Of a DNA stretch of 64,000 nt, positions 1 to 11,354 are shown piece after piece. The stretch is from Malacoraja senta. Taxonomy: Eukaryota. Position 1 is the first letter of the stretch; each line of letters opens with the position of its first letter. Below the pieces are notes generated by a model. The model ran no database searches and was not told the DNA's origin. It saw only the letters and a program-made list of their open reading frames with translations. Both the position numbers and the translations under genes were made by a program. Location of the stretch: positions 186,001 through 250,000 of the forward strand of contig JAXLNO010000322.1 of NCBI GenBank assembly GCA_038087875.1, read 5' to 3'.

Positions 1-255
1 AATACTAAATTAGATCCCGATTCAAAACTAATAATACTTGGCATAACAGAACAAAGTCTAACACTCACAACAAACCAAAGAGACTTTCTTGACTACAGTA
101 TAATAACTGGGAAAAATTAATACTAAAATTTTGGAAAGGCCCTATAACCCCCACAATTAAAATGTGGATTATGGAAATGTCGGAGACCCTACACCTGGAA
201 AGAATCAGATTTTTCTTAATGGACAAACAAGAACTCCTCTAGTATCTTTGGGTCT
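1..255 (+). mobile_element. L1 ORF2 C-terminal fragment (decayed)
   Basis: Translates, with a frameshift, as ...KLIILGITEQ...LILKFWKGPITPTIKMWIMEMSETLHLERIRF. This aligns by eye with the C-terminus of the L1 ORF at 34237-36468 (LILKFWKNAPTPTIKMWTSNMLETLHLEEMRF). Confidence 0.85.
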
Positions 256-399
256 TCACACTGATGTGGGGGGCGGGAAGAAGGAAGGAGCGTCGAACCC
301 CCTCCTCCCTCCGACCCGGCCTCCACTCACTCCCCGCCGGCCTCCAGCATCGATTCCACCGACCCCCAGCCCCTCCCTCCCCACCCACCTACACTACAC

Positions 400-540
400 G
401 GGGGTTGCACGGCCCATCACCTGCACTGTTGCCACACAACGCCAACTGGAGTACAAGCGGTGAACTGAACTGCATGGACTCCAGGGTCACGGGGCCCGTC
501 TTCTGTCCCAGCATCTGGACTCCACACTCGCAGACCCCGG
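400..540 (+). mobile_element. Terminal fragment of an ISL2EU-like DNA transposon
   Basis: GGGGGTTGCACGG...CTGCACTGTTGCCACACAACGCCAACTGGAGTACAAGCGGTGAACTG resembles the reverse complement of the termini at 54060-54150 and 59050-59139. Confidence 0.65.
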
Positions 541-564
541 GCTGTCTATGCCCGCGGCAAGGGT

Positions 565-1245
565 GGGTGATGGGGGCGGGGGGTGGAGGTGGGGGCGGGG
601 GGTAGAGGTGGGGGAGGGGTGTAGAGGTGGTGGCGGGGTGTAGAGGTGGGGGTAGAGGTGGGGACGGGGTGTAGAGGTGGGGGCGGGGGGTAGAGGTGAG
701 GGCGGGGGGTAGAGGTGAGGGTAGAGGTGGTGGCGGGGGGAAGCGGTGGGAGCAGGGGGGTAGAGGTGGGGGCGGGGGGTAGAGGTGGGGGCGGGGTGTA
801 GAGGTGGGAGCGGGGGGAAGAGGTGGGGGCGGGGGGTAGAGGTGGGGGAGGGGGGTAGAGGTGGGGGCGGGGGGCAGAGGTGGGGGCGGGGGGTAGAGGT
901 GGGGGCGGGGGGTGCCGATGTAGCGCGGTCAGTGACTCTGGGTGAGCGGAGGGACCAGACCGTCCCCAACTCTGCTGCAGCTGAATGGGACATTGCCGGG
1001 TGGTCCGGGTGAGGTTGGGGGTGGTCGGGGGGGGGTGGAGTGGTGGTCGGGGGGGGAGTGTTCGGGGTGGGTGGAGGGTGGTCGGGGCGGAGTGGTTGGG
1101 GGGGGGGTCGGGCGATGGGTCGGGGGGATGGAGTAGTCAGGGGAGTCAGTTGGTCAGGGGGGTCCGTTGGTCGGGGGGTAGTGGTTGGGGGGTGTGGTTG
1201 GTTGGTCCGGGTGGTTGGTTGGTCCGGGTGGTCGGGGGGGGGGTG
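565..1245. repeat. G-rich low-complexity / degenerate tandem repeat (GGGGGTAGAGGTGGGGGC-like units)
   Basis: Repeated G-runs visible directly; G-quadruplex-prone. Confidence 0.9.
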
Positions 1246-1319
1246 CTGATGCAGTGTGGTCAGTGTCTCTTGGTTGGCGGAGGGACCAGACTGACTCCAA
1301 CTCTGCTACAGCTGACGGG

Positions 1320-1525
1320 GACCTTCTCATCTCGTTTCCAAAGGTACATCCTTTTATTCTGTGGCTGTGCCCTCTGGTCCATGACTCTCCCACTAGTGGA
1401 AACATCCTCGCCACATTCACTTTATCCAGGCTTTTCACTATTCGGTAAGTTTCAATGAGGTCCCCCCTTCTAAACTCCAGCGAGTACAGGCCCAGATCCA
1501 TCGAACGCTCATCATACGTTAACCC
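1320..1525 (-). mobile_element. CR1 LINE 3' fragment
   Basis: Minus-strand LGLYSLEFRR-GDLIETYRIVK...MFPLVGESWTRGHS matches the CR1 ORF2 C-terminus at 47776-49011. Confidence 0.85.
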
Positions 1526-1747
1526 AATAAAGGGGTGAGCCGCATTATTCCGGAATGAAGGAAGGATGCAGGATACCCCAGGACAAGAGAGGGAGTGGTG
1601 CAAACCTGGAGCAGCCCGTTAGCCCTGGGACAAGCGAGGAGACCTTCACCTGCCTTGATTCTTGATTAGAGAATGGGGCTAGGAGAGAAAGATAGATCAG
1701 CCATGATGGGCCGAATGGCCTAATTCTACTATTCCTTATGACCTTAC

Positions 1748-1988
1748 CCTTGACGGCCGCCAGTGTGGGCACCATCTACTCCAAGTCTGTTTTGTTGACC
1801 TTGAACTGGCCACATTTCACCTTGCGTGCGGGGCTATGGGCATCCTCGTCAGTGAGCACCTTGCCGGCAACCTCCCCCAGCTGCACCTTGACACCCGCTC
1901 CATTACTCCGCAGCGAGACGATGGAAATGGGGTCCACGCGCAGCGCTTTAACACAGAGCCTTTGGTGCTGGAGCCTCTCCTCCTCTTC
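1748..1988 (-). pseudogene. Candidate coding exon of an unidentified gene, with an in-frame TAG
   Basis: Acceptor CCCCAG| and donor G|GTAAG. GC3-rich frame EEEERLQHQRLCVKALRVDPISIVSLRSNGAGVKVQLGEVAGKVLTDEDAHSPARKVKCGQFKVNKTDLE*MVPTLAAVK, with the stop at 1776-1778. Confidence 0.45.
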
Positions 1989-2094
1989 CTGGGGTGTATA
2001 AGCAAGGTCGTAGGGTCAGTTCAGTTTAGTGTAATGTCACGTGCACCAAGGTACAGTGAAAAGCTTTTGATGCGAGCTAACCAGTCAGAGGACA

Positions 2095-2249
2095 AAGGAA
2101 TATAGGTGGAAGAGAGTGGGGGTGGGGGGGTGGAGGAGGAAAGAAAAAGGAGGGCTGATTGTAGGTTTGTTGCCTAAAATTGGTGATTTCAATGTTCATA
2201 CTGTTGGGTTGTCAGCAACCCAAACGGAATACAAGTTGCTGTTCCTCCA
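2095..2249 (-). mobile_element. Penelope-like element 3' remnant (site of the ERV insertion)
   Basis: Minus strand reads EEQQLVFRLGC*QPNSMNIEITNF; the same motif occurs near 38930 and 39460. Confidence 0.65.
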
Positions 2250-3452
2250 TGTTGCAGTAACTATGGAAGTCATAGAACACTTAATTAAAACATTTATCAT
2301 AGCCAGCAGATGTTGTCAGCTAGTGTATGTAATCAGACATCCTTAGACTCACGTGCTTGTTAGTAATCAGACATCCTTAGACTCACGTGCTTGTTAGTTA
2401 GTAAGCAGCACTTAATTTAATCATTTATCTAGTAATAAAGGCACTAAACAAGTTAAAGGCATGTCTCACGAGTCTGCGGTCATTGGCGGCGAAACGGGAA
2501 GAATCTGCCGCCATAGACCGCGCACTCGTGAGAACGCACAAAACCTACACTGTTGAAAAATATTTTCCTACCGCACAGCCTCCACCAGTGATGCACGAGT
2601 GCGGCACGGCCGCCGCCACAGCCGCCGCCAGTGTGGCTCGAGCGCCGTGCGTCAAACTTGCACTGCCACAGCCTCCGCCAGTGAGGCACGTGTGCGGCAC
2701 AGCCACCGCTACAGCGCCGCGATCAGGACGGCCGCCACTCGTGAGTCACGTGCGGCGGCCCTTTTTTTTACTTACCGCAAGCACGTGGGACCAGCCGTAT
2801 TTGAATCACTCGGCCCCCGCGCAGTATCCGTGCGGCGCTCCCATGGCATAGGCTCGGCGCTCTCGCCGTTGCCGTGCGGTCCACTCTACAGGCGAAGCCG
2901 CGCTTCACCGCCGATGACCGCAAACACGTAAGACAGAGCCTTTACTTCTTATTTTTACTTTTGCACCTTTGTATTCTTAATAAATACATTTTGTATCTTT
3001 GTGTGTAAACATATAAACCAATATGTAACAGTGTAATATGGTATGTGTAACCTTGGCTTTAAATTGGCTTTAGCTGAAACATAATGGTGGCAGGACAGGA
3101 TGTTAGAAGTTAATTTTAAGGGTGGCGAGTGAAGGGCAAGAAATTAGAGGAAATGTAAAGTTTAATAAGATTGAACCAAGGTCGGAAACATAATGGTGGC
3201 AAGACAGAGAATATTAGAATTGAAGATTGATGTGAAAGGAGTACAGCATGAAAGATAGTGAAGCAGAGATAGGGCTGAAGAACTGTAATAAAAGCTGCTT
3301 GTTTCTATGGATCGGAGAGCAATTAGAGAACGGACAAATGGTGTCATCTCTGACTGTTCCCGCTGATGTTTGCAAATAAAGGCTTTCGTCTTCTTGAAGA
3401 ATTCTCCGAGTCTGTGTCATCTTATCTAACTTTAAGTCTTAGAACCACGACA
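2250..3452 (+). repeat. 5' LTR of endogenous retrovirus (about 1.2 kb)
   Basis: Starts TGTTGCAGT where the Penelope remnant breaks and ends ACCACGACA (imperfect inverted ends, TG...CA). AATAAA near 3375; primer-binding site begins 4 nt after the end. The 5' boundary is inferred because there is no second LTR to compare. Confidence 0.75.
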
Positions 3453-3456
3453 TAAT

Positions 3457-3474
3457 TGGCGCAGCGAGCAGGGT
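3457..3474 (+). promoter_or_regulatory. Retroviral primer-binding site, tRNA-Ser(UGA)
   Basis: TGGCGCAGCGAGCAGGGT is complementary to the 3' 18 nt of vertebrate tRNA-Ser(UGA), ...ACCCTGCTCGCTGCG-CCA (recalled from memory). Confidence 0.8.
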
Positions 3475-4195
3475 AGGATAGAGGTCCGTTCGGCAGAGGA
3501 CGACCAGCCAAGGGCGCTTCCTCGCCCCACGGGGCTCCCCGGGACAACAGAAAAAGGGTGGCCACCCGTAAAAAGGTAAGCGGTTTTCCGCTTTATTTGG
3601 ACTAGTAACCTGTTGAACCGGGGACCACTGGGGGCACAGAAGCGTCTGGGTGATCGAGAGGGCCTCTCCTACCCAACGAATCTGGCACTAAATTGTTCTA
3701 AAAAAGAGACCCGGATGGTTGTCCGAGAGGGCTGCGATGTGTGGTGAGTAATAATATCTGTGATAAGTACAGCATTGCATTGTGTGATATTATTAAGAGT
3801 TTATTAAGACTTCGTGGGTACCACCCTGAGAGGCCAGAGGTTGCACGGACGAAGCAGGTAAGAGTTTATTAGACCTCGTGGATACCACCCCGAGACGTCA
3901 GGGGTTGCACGGACGAGGCAGGTATTCTGTGGATACCACCCTGAGATGCAGGGGTTTGTACGGGCAGAATAAAGTATTTTGTGGATAACGCCTTGGGTGA
4001 CTGAGGGCTGTACGGGCAAAATACGAACTAGGGTAAGTGGGTAACAAAAAGTGAACACAGTGATAACATTTTGTAGAAGAGAAGAAGTAGAATAGCAATA
4101 AGAATAGTGTAAGGTAATATAGTGACTACAAGGATGGAGGAGGTGTAAGGACTGAGTGTATAAATTAACAACGTGCACTTAACAGGACAACCACC

Positions 4196-6285
4196 ATGAG
4201 TAAACTAACCGCGGTTGAGATATTAAGTAAAAAATTCCCCGTAGCCAAAGAGGATGTTAAAAAGAGCTCTGAGAAATGGGGGAAAAGAACAGAGAAATTG
4301 AATACAAAGTGGCCCAGGGAAGGGACTTTTGATATAAACATGTGTGATGAAATGGAAGTATTGATTAAGAACCATAGACCCAGAGATAAAACGGGGACAC
4401 GGGAAAAGAAAAGAGAGAAGGAATTAGAGGTGCTTAAATTATTCAGGGCAGAAAGAGAAAGGCTGAGGAGAACCTACCTGGCAGGAAACATAACCAAGGG
4501 AGAAGGGAGGGAGCCCGAGAAGCAGTCCAAGGGTCAGGGAATTATGGAAAAAGGAGGGTCCTTATATCCCAGTTTAAAAGACCCCGGGTGTCCCCCTCCC
4601 TACCCCGGCCTGGAAGGTGCAAATCAATGCCCCGTGATAAGAGGAATAATGGAAGTAGAGGGAGAAATCATGACTATGGATAATGTGGAGGAAATAAAGG
4701 AATATAAATAGAGAAGGGAACAAAGAGAAAAAGACAGGATGGAGCAAGAAATAGGTGAAGTAGAAAGGGAGATCAGGAGGCTGCGGGACCGGTGTTTGGA
4801 GGTATCCGAGTCAGCCGAGAGGGGGGCTGAAAAAAGGTGCGGACAGGAGAGAGAGTTAAGCCAGTGGTCAAGGGAAAGAGAGCAAGACAGTGAGGAGGAA
4901 ACGGAATCGGGCAGTTATTGGGGAAGTTATAGGGAGAGAAGGAGGGAAACAAGGGATGGAGATTTAGTGGAAGATTTTAAAAGAAAGGTGAAGGAATCCC
5001 TGGAGCAAATGGAAACTAGAGTTAAGGAACTGGGAGCACATGTGGAGACAAAGAAAGGAGAAGCGGCCCAAGGAGAGTCAGCATGGCAGGAATTAGAAAT
5101 AGGACCTCCGGAGTGGGATGCAGAAAAAAGACAGATGCAGGGGAATAAAATGATGCCATTGCTTGCAAAAAGAGCAGGACAGACACAGTACTTCCTTGGG
5201 GGACACAGGACCTTGAAGGGCTGAAAAACATTCTGCCTAACATATATGATGGGGCAGGAAAATGGATAAGGGCCTTTGAGGAGGAAACCACAGAACGATT
5301 ATTGGCTATGGGAGATATAAAGGCACTTCTGGCGAAAGTAATAGGAACCACGAAACTGGCGGAACTCCTGGAAAAGGCAGGCATAAATAACACAGCGGGC
5401 AATCCACTGATTGACGGCCGACCATTTGACAGAGTCAGGCCATTGGTATGGCAGGCCCTCAGATACAGCTACCCGCTTAAAGTGGACCCCAAGGCATTGA
5501 AGGGGGACTCACTGGGGGACACAGAAAACCCAGCAGCGTATCTAGAGGGCCAGTTGAAAAAGTGGAGACTTGAAACTGAACAAGGAATAGACGGCAATGA
5601 GCTGATGATCACTCTGTTCCGAGCTGCTATTGTAGATGCCATGCCCGTTCAAGTAAAGTCCAGGCTGGAGGAGGTGGTGGGACTGTCAACAATGCCACAC
5701 GTCCAGTTCAGGGATCACTTGGTCCATGCAGTCGACAAATACCGCAAAGATAAAAAAAGACTGACAGACCAGCAGGAGGAGGTGCAAAGAAAACTGGTAC
5801 AAATGCAGCTTGACGAACTAAAAAGAAAAGAGCGTGTAAAAGGAAAGAAAATGCTCGCAATAACAACAGAACCGGCTGAAACAGCTGAAATGAGTGACGC
5901 ACCAACACGTAGTGAGTCCTATGCCAGAGCCAGACAAGGGCCGGAAACTTCTGGGCCAGTAGTAAATGTCTTTGGGACGTTCCCTCAAATGCCTTAGCAG
6001 GGACGGGGTAAATCAGGAAACCAGCCCAGACAGGACTGGGGCCCCCAAGGGGGAGGATTACAAGGAGGGGGACGAGGGAGGCCAGTAAGGAAACAGGTAG
6101 TTGATATGGTGTGTTGGGGATGTGGTCAGGTAGGGCATGTGAGAAGGGACTGTCAGAACCGTCCATGGTCCAGACCATACCAACAGGTACCAATGGAGGG
6201 TGGACAACACCTCGCCCCAGGGATAGCCCTAGCAGACCCGATTGAAAGCCCGGCTGGACCCATAAACCCCTATACTAGATATTAG
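4196..6285 (+). pseudogene. gag: ERV gag (disrupted)
   Basis: ACCACCATG start; LYPSL and PPPY late-domain motifs; capsid-like region 5302-5997; CCHC knuckle CWGCGQVGHVRRDC at 6112-6153. Premature TAGs at 4709 and 5995, a frameshift near 5195, and the terminal TAG at 6283-6285. Confidence 0.88.
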
Positions 6286-9200
6286 GGGTGCCCAGAGAAC
6301 CCGGATGGGAAGGGACACTACCCGATGATCACCAGAGAGGCAGAGGAGGAACCTGTGGTTCAGGTAATTTTGGGGGGACAATCAACACCCATGATGATAG
6401 ACACTGGAGCTACCTATACTTATGTGCAACCATAATATGCCTCCCACCTTCCCATGTCAGGAAAATTTGTTAAAACTGTAGGGTTCTCGGGAAAGACACA
6501 GTTAATACGATGCACGACCCCCGTGAGTTTAAAGATGAATAACAGAGAGATAGTATTGCCAATATTAGTGTCGAAAGGGACTCCCATTAATTTGTTAGGT
6601 AGGGACGCCCTGCTGAAACTGGAACTGAAATTAGAATGTACCAGAAATGGTTTGAGTGTGGAGAGGTCGAATGTCCAAATGGTAATGCAGGAAGCTAGCA
6701 GAGCTAATGTGATTTGGATAGGGGATATAGAAAATCCAATTTGGGAAACCTGGAGCAAATGGGAAAAGGGGATATTGACTATATTGCCTGAAGCGACTCC
6801 ACCCCAGTCTGAGCTGCACTGTACGATATACTTTTGACGAAACCCAGAATGTAGAACAGGGAAGGATGTGGCGTACAGGGACGGGTGGCCAGCACCACTT
6901 GAGAGCAGTAGCAGTAATAATTGGAAAACAGGGGGCAGCCTTGCAGATTGAATGGGACACCTTCCTGGAAAAATGGTACAGGGTGGTGGGGGCTGCACCT
7001 CACGTGACATTGCTTGTAAATAAGGGATATCAGTCTAGGGAATTGGGACCCCTGGTGAGACAAGCAGGCACTGTTAGAAACTGGAGAAGGATTGCTCCAA
7101 AGGTATGGATGTCTGAAGACAGTAATTACATCAAGATAACAGTTACTATAGACATGCTAGGTATGATGAAAGAGGTTGAAATTAACCCCCAGCGACAGCT
7201 TCTTGTACTTAAAACAGTAGGTCAGACATAGGAGGAAAGGCTGAATGAGTTGCCAGCTAGCGTGTGGTCGCGATATGACACAGATGTGGGACTGGTGAAG
7301 TCTGCAAGTCCGGTAGAGATAAGATTAAAACACGGAGCAGTTCCACCCCGGAGACCACAGTACCCTCTGAAGCCAGAGGACGGCATAGCGCCAACTATAC
7401 AGGGTCTGGTGGAGGTGGGAGTGCTTATCAAAACACATAGTCCCTGCAACACTCCACTGTTACGTTTTAAAGTCAGACAAGTCAAGGTGGAGACTAGTAC
7501 ATGATTTGCAAGCAGTGAACGAGGTGGTGTGAGATTGGCCAGCGGTGGTTCCGAATCCGCACACATTACTGACCAATGTTCCACCAGAAGTAGCTTACTT
7601 TTCAGTGATTGATCTGTGTTCAGCGTTCTTCAGTGTGCCATTAGCAGACCAGTGTCAGTATCTGTTTGCTTTTACCTATAGGGGTGTTCAATACACTTAC
7701 ACTAGGATGCCGCAGGGATTCAAACATTCGCCTCATGTGTTCAATCAGGTACTAAAGGCAGATTTGGAAGGCGTAGCCTTAGACAGTACGCTGATACAGT
7801 ATGTGGATGATTTATTGATTTGCTCTGAAACTGAGGAACAATGTGAGCAAGATACTGTGGCTCTTCTGGAGAGGCTGGCGTGCGGAGGTCATAAATTGTC
7901 TAGGAAGAAGTTGCAGTTTTGTGTGCAGCAGGTAGAGTACTTAGGACGGTTGATCTCCAAAGGAATTAAAACTATAGCACCGAACCAGATAGAGGCAATA
8001 ATCAAAGCTCCTAAGCCACAGACAGTAAGACAGATGATGACATTCTTAGGGATGGCAGGATACAGTTCGGACTGGATTGGAGAATATGCTGAGATTGTGA
8101 CACCATTGAGAAAGATAATGAAGGAAGCAGGACAAACAAGCCTGAAGAATGTTTTGCAGTGGAATGACGAGGCAGAAATGGCTTTTAACACAATTAAGCA
8201 GGAATTGCAGTCGGCTCCAGCCTTGGCCCTGCCTAATTATGAGAAAACCTTTCATTTGTATGTATCCAACAGACAGGAGGGATATGCTACAGCAGTATTG
8301 ACACAGGAAACAGGTGTAGGAAAGGCGAAGCAGCCGGTTGCGTATTACAGTTCAAAATTGGATGAGGTGGCTCAGGGATTCCACCTTGCTATCAGGGACT
8401 GGCGGCGGTCTACTATGCTTATGAGAAAGCATCGTCTGTGACTATGGGATATCCAGTGATCATATATACCCACCACAAAGTGGCAGAGTTGTTGTAAAAA
8501 GGAAAGTTTGTACTTACACCAGCTAGGATAACAGCGTATCAGATGCTACTGACATTTTCAGATATCACCATACAAAGATGTACTACAAGTAACATAGCTG
8601 ACCATGTCCCGCTTGGTCATGAGGGGGAGCCCCATGACTGCGTGGGTCAGACGATGGTGTTTTCTAAATTACGAGCGGATTTATAATCTGAACCACTGAT
8701 TGATGAGGATAAGAAAGTCTTGTTTGTGGATGGATCATGCTATCGGGATCATGATGGAAATCATGCAGGATTTGCAGTGGTGCAACAGGACCAAACAGGG
8801 TTTCAGACCATTAGGTTGGAGGCCTGCCAGCAGCCATGTTCAGCCCAGTTGGCAGAGATTAAGGCTTTAACAGCAGTGTGTGAAATGATGGATGGTGAAA
8901 AAGTAGATATCTACACAGATTCGGCTTATGCAGGGACAGGCTACATTAGCTGAACAAATGATGTGGGGGCAGAGGGGAGCCAAGCCAAACGAGGACGGCT
9001 TATGGACCACCGAAAATGGCCTGTTAGTGGCACCTACCACCTTATTGACCAGTCTTATTTCAGAAGCACATGGACTGGACCATTGTGCGAGGGGGGAAGT
9101 CATACGAAAGGTAAGAAAGGATGGGTTTTGGTCACCTTATCTGCAGGCTTCAGTAGATCACATTTTGTCCCGGTGTGAGGTATGTGCACAAAATAATGTC

Positions 9201-10314
9201 AGAAAGGGCATAACGACACCTATCGGTCACATACCGGTGCCCGAGGGGCCATTCACACATCTGGTAATCGACTATGTGGACATGTTGAAAACAGTACGAG
9301 GTAAGCGATACCTGTTGGTAATCATTGATCGATTGAGTAGATGGGTGGAGGCTCTACCTTCCAAAGACCTAGGGGCAGGTACGGTGGTGAAATTTTTGAC
9401 AAATGAGGTGATTCCACGGTTTGGCATACCAGCAATAATTAGCTCCGACAATGGGCCAGCTTTTGTTAAGAAGACAGTTAAGCTGGTGCTGCAGGCCCTG
9501 AGGGCGAAGCAAAGATTTGGCTGTGTCTACCACCCTCAATCACAAAGCATGGTGGAAAGGGTGAATGGGACGTTGAAAGCAAAAATAAACAAAATTTGTG
9601 CAACTACTAAATTAAATTGGATTGATGCATTGTCCTTGGCGTTAATGAGTTGTCGTATGCAAACCAATCGAACAACTCACCTAACACCACACGAAATGCT
9701 CACCGGCAGACCCATGCCAGTGCCCAGACGAAGGGATATATATATATGAGGGTCCGAGTTTGGAGCAATTAGAGGTAGAACTTAAACAATATATGCAACA
9801 GTTAACTATGATACATAAATCTATTTATGCACAGGAAAAGCAAAAGGAGCCAGCGGCAGACCAGGAGGAAGGACCGATTAAGCCTGGAGACCAAGTTAAT
9901 GTGCGAGCCTTTCAAAGAAAATGGAATGAACCAAGAAGGGAAGGACCATTCACAGTAATAAAGGCCTCACCTACAGCAGTTCAGGTAGAGGGCCGATCCA
10001 TATGGTACCACCTTAATCATTGCACAAGGGCTATTCCACCACAACAGCCCAGGGATAACCCCGAGGTAAGTGAACAAGAGGACGAGGACACCGGGGAAGA
10101 ACAGGGCATTGACCAGGTAATAAATGACGTATTCGGAGAAAGTGGGAGTTCCGACACTAGTGAGGATGCGGGTGTGGGTGAGTGCCCTTCTCCTGATAGG
10201 CATCATCCTTCTACTAGCTATATGGGCGAAGGAGGGCCAGGGGAACCTGCCCCGGATAATCCCTACTCAGGCTTCACAACCATCAACCTTGCCGACTTGG
10301 GCTTGGAAGGATAA
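6286..10314 (+). pseudogene. pol: ERV pol (protease, 2H phosphoesterase, RT, RNase H, integrase), disrupted
   Basis: Protease MIDTGAT at about 6394 and NLLGRD; RT IDLCSAFF, MPQGF, YVDD; RNase H FVDGS, SAQLAE, YTDS; integrase HGLDH/CEVC, IDYVD, SDNG, VERVNG; GPF motif. Confidence 0.93.
6690..7200 (+). other. 2H phosphoesterase (CNPase-like) domain within pol
   Basis: Two HxT motifs, LHCT (His at 6817) and PHVTL (His at 7001), about 61 codons apart between protease and RT; 1-nt frameshift in TTTT near 6832. Confidence 0.78.
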
Positions 10315-11250
10315 CACCACTGCTTCACACGAGTTGGGAAAGCTGGTATGTAACCGAAGGGAGGCAAAGGTCCAAAATGATACTAGCTCAGCCGTCTGGC
10401 GTAGCGCTTCCACAAGCGAGTGGTACAAGTGGGCGCAATACAGAGCACAAACTTTGAAGTTGCCACAATGTATAATATGTGCCAAAGCGAATGGGAGAAT
10501 ATTGGCTATACCAGAACCTCACAACTATACATATTGTGCGGATTTCTTGCGAAGTGTGACACGCTGGGGAGACATGTCTAATTGCCTAATAGAGTGTTTA
10601 AATGCAGCAGGATCGACACAAGTGACACTTGCGAAAGAACACTGTTCTCTATGGAACTTCACAGAGGTAAGAAAACCCTACCCAGAGCCACCACCAGAGG
10701 TTGGGATTACATCTACAGCACAGTATGAATGCTACCTTGCAGCGAATGGCACACACCCGGTAGGAACTTTTCCCGGCCGTTGTAACAGGGTGTGGGTGCG
10801 TAATCAACAGGACCCATAGCAAGTGGCTGAAGATGTGCCCAAAGTAGATGTTGCTGTTGTACTACCACAGTGCAAGGCTATTTTGACAGCAGATGTGGCT
10901 GTAGCTGATAGGTTTTGGATGTGCAGAGGTAAGCCTAGAAACACACTGCCGCTACATTGGACTGGATTGTGTGCCAGGGTGATGTTGGCACAACCTGTCC
11001 TTGTGATAAGTCCAACAGATATGTGCAAACAGACCCGTAGGAAAAGAGCATTTGATTTGTTACCTGACGGGGTTCATCTGGATGCAATAGGACAACCGAG
11101 AGGAATCCCTAATGAATTTAAAGCCAGGAATGAGATTGCTGCAGGACTGGAGTCAATACTTTTCTGGATTACGCCTGCTAAAAACACGGAATGGATTAAC
11201 TACATTTATTATAATCAACAGAGGTTTATTAATTACACTGACAACGCTGC
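10124..11250 (+). pseudogene. env: ERV env (SU and start of TM), truncated
   Basis: Overlaps the pol end in another frame. Signal peptide VWVSALLLIGIILLLAIWA, CIIC motif, furin site RRKR near 11035, then IAAGLESILFWIT and WINYIYYNQQRFINYT. Internal TAG at 10817. Confidence 0.88.
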
Positions 11251-11354
11251 ATCATGACTTGCTGACTCTTATAGTCAATGCCCCATAGCACAGAAGACAA
11301 GCATACCATACGCTTAACCCATACTGGTTAACATATGATGCACGTTTGATAGCA

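Larger units (their letters stand above)
2250..11250 (+). mobile_element. Epsilon-like (class I, fish-type) endogenous retrovirus, defective and 3'-truncated
   Basis: Order is LTR-PBS-leader-gag-TAG-PR-2H-RT(YVDD)-RNase H-IN-env; several stops and frameshifts; no 3' LTR in the window. Confidence 0.92.

Noticed and set aside
2483..2931. Possible accessory ORF in the ERV LTR
   Set aside because: Non-ATG starts, GC-rich repetitive sequence and no recognisable domain.
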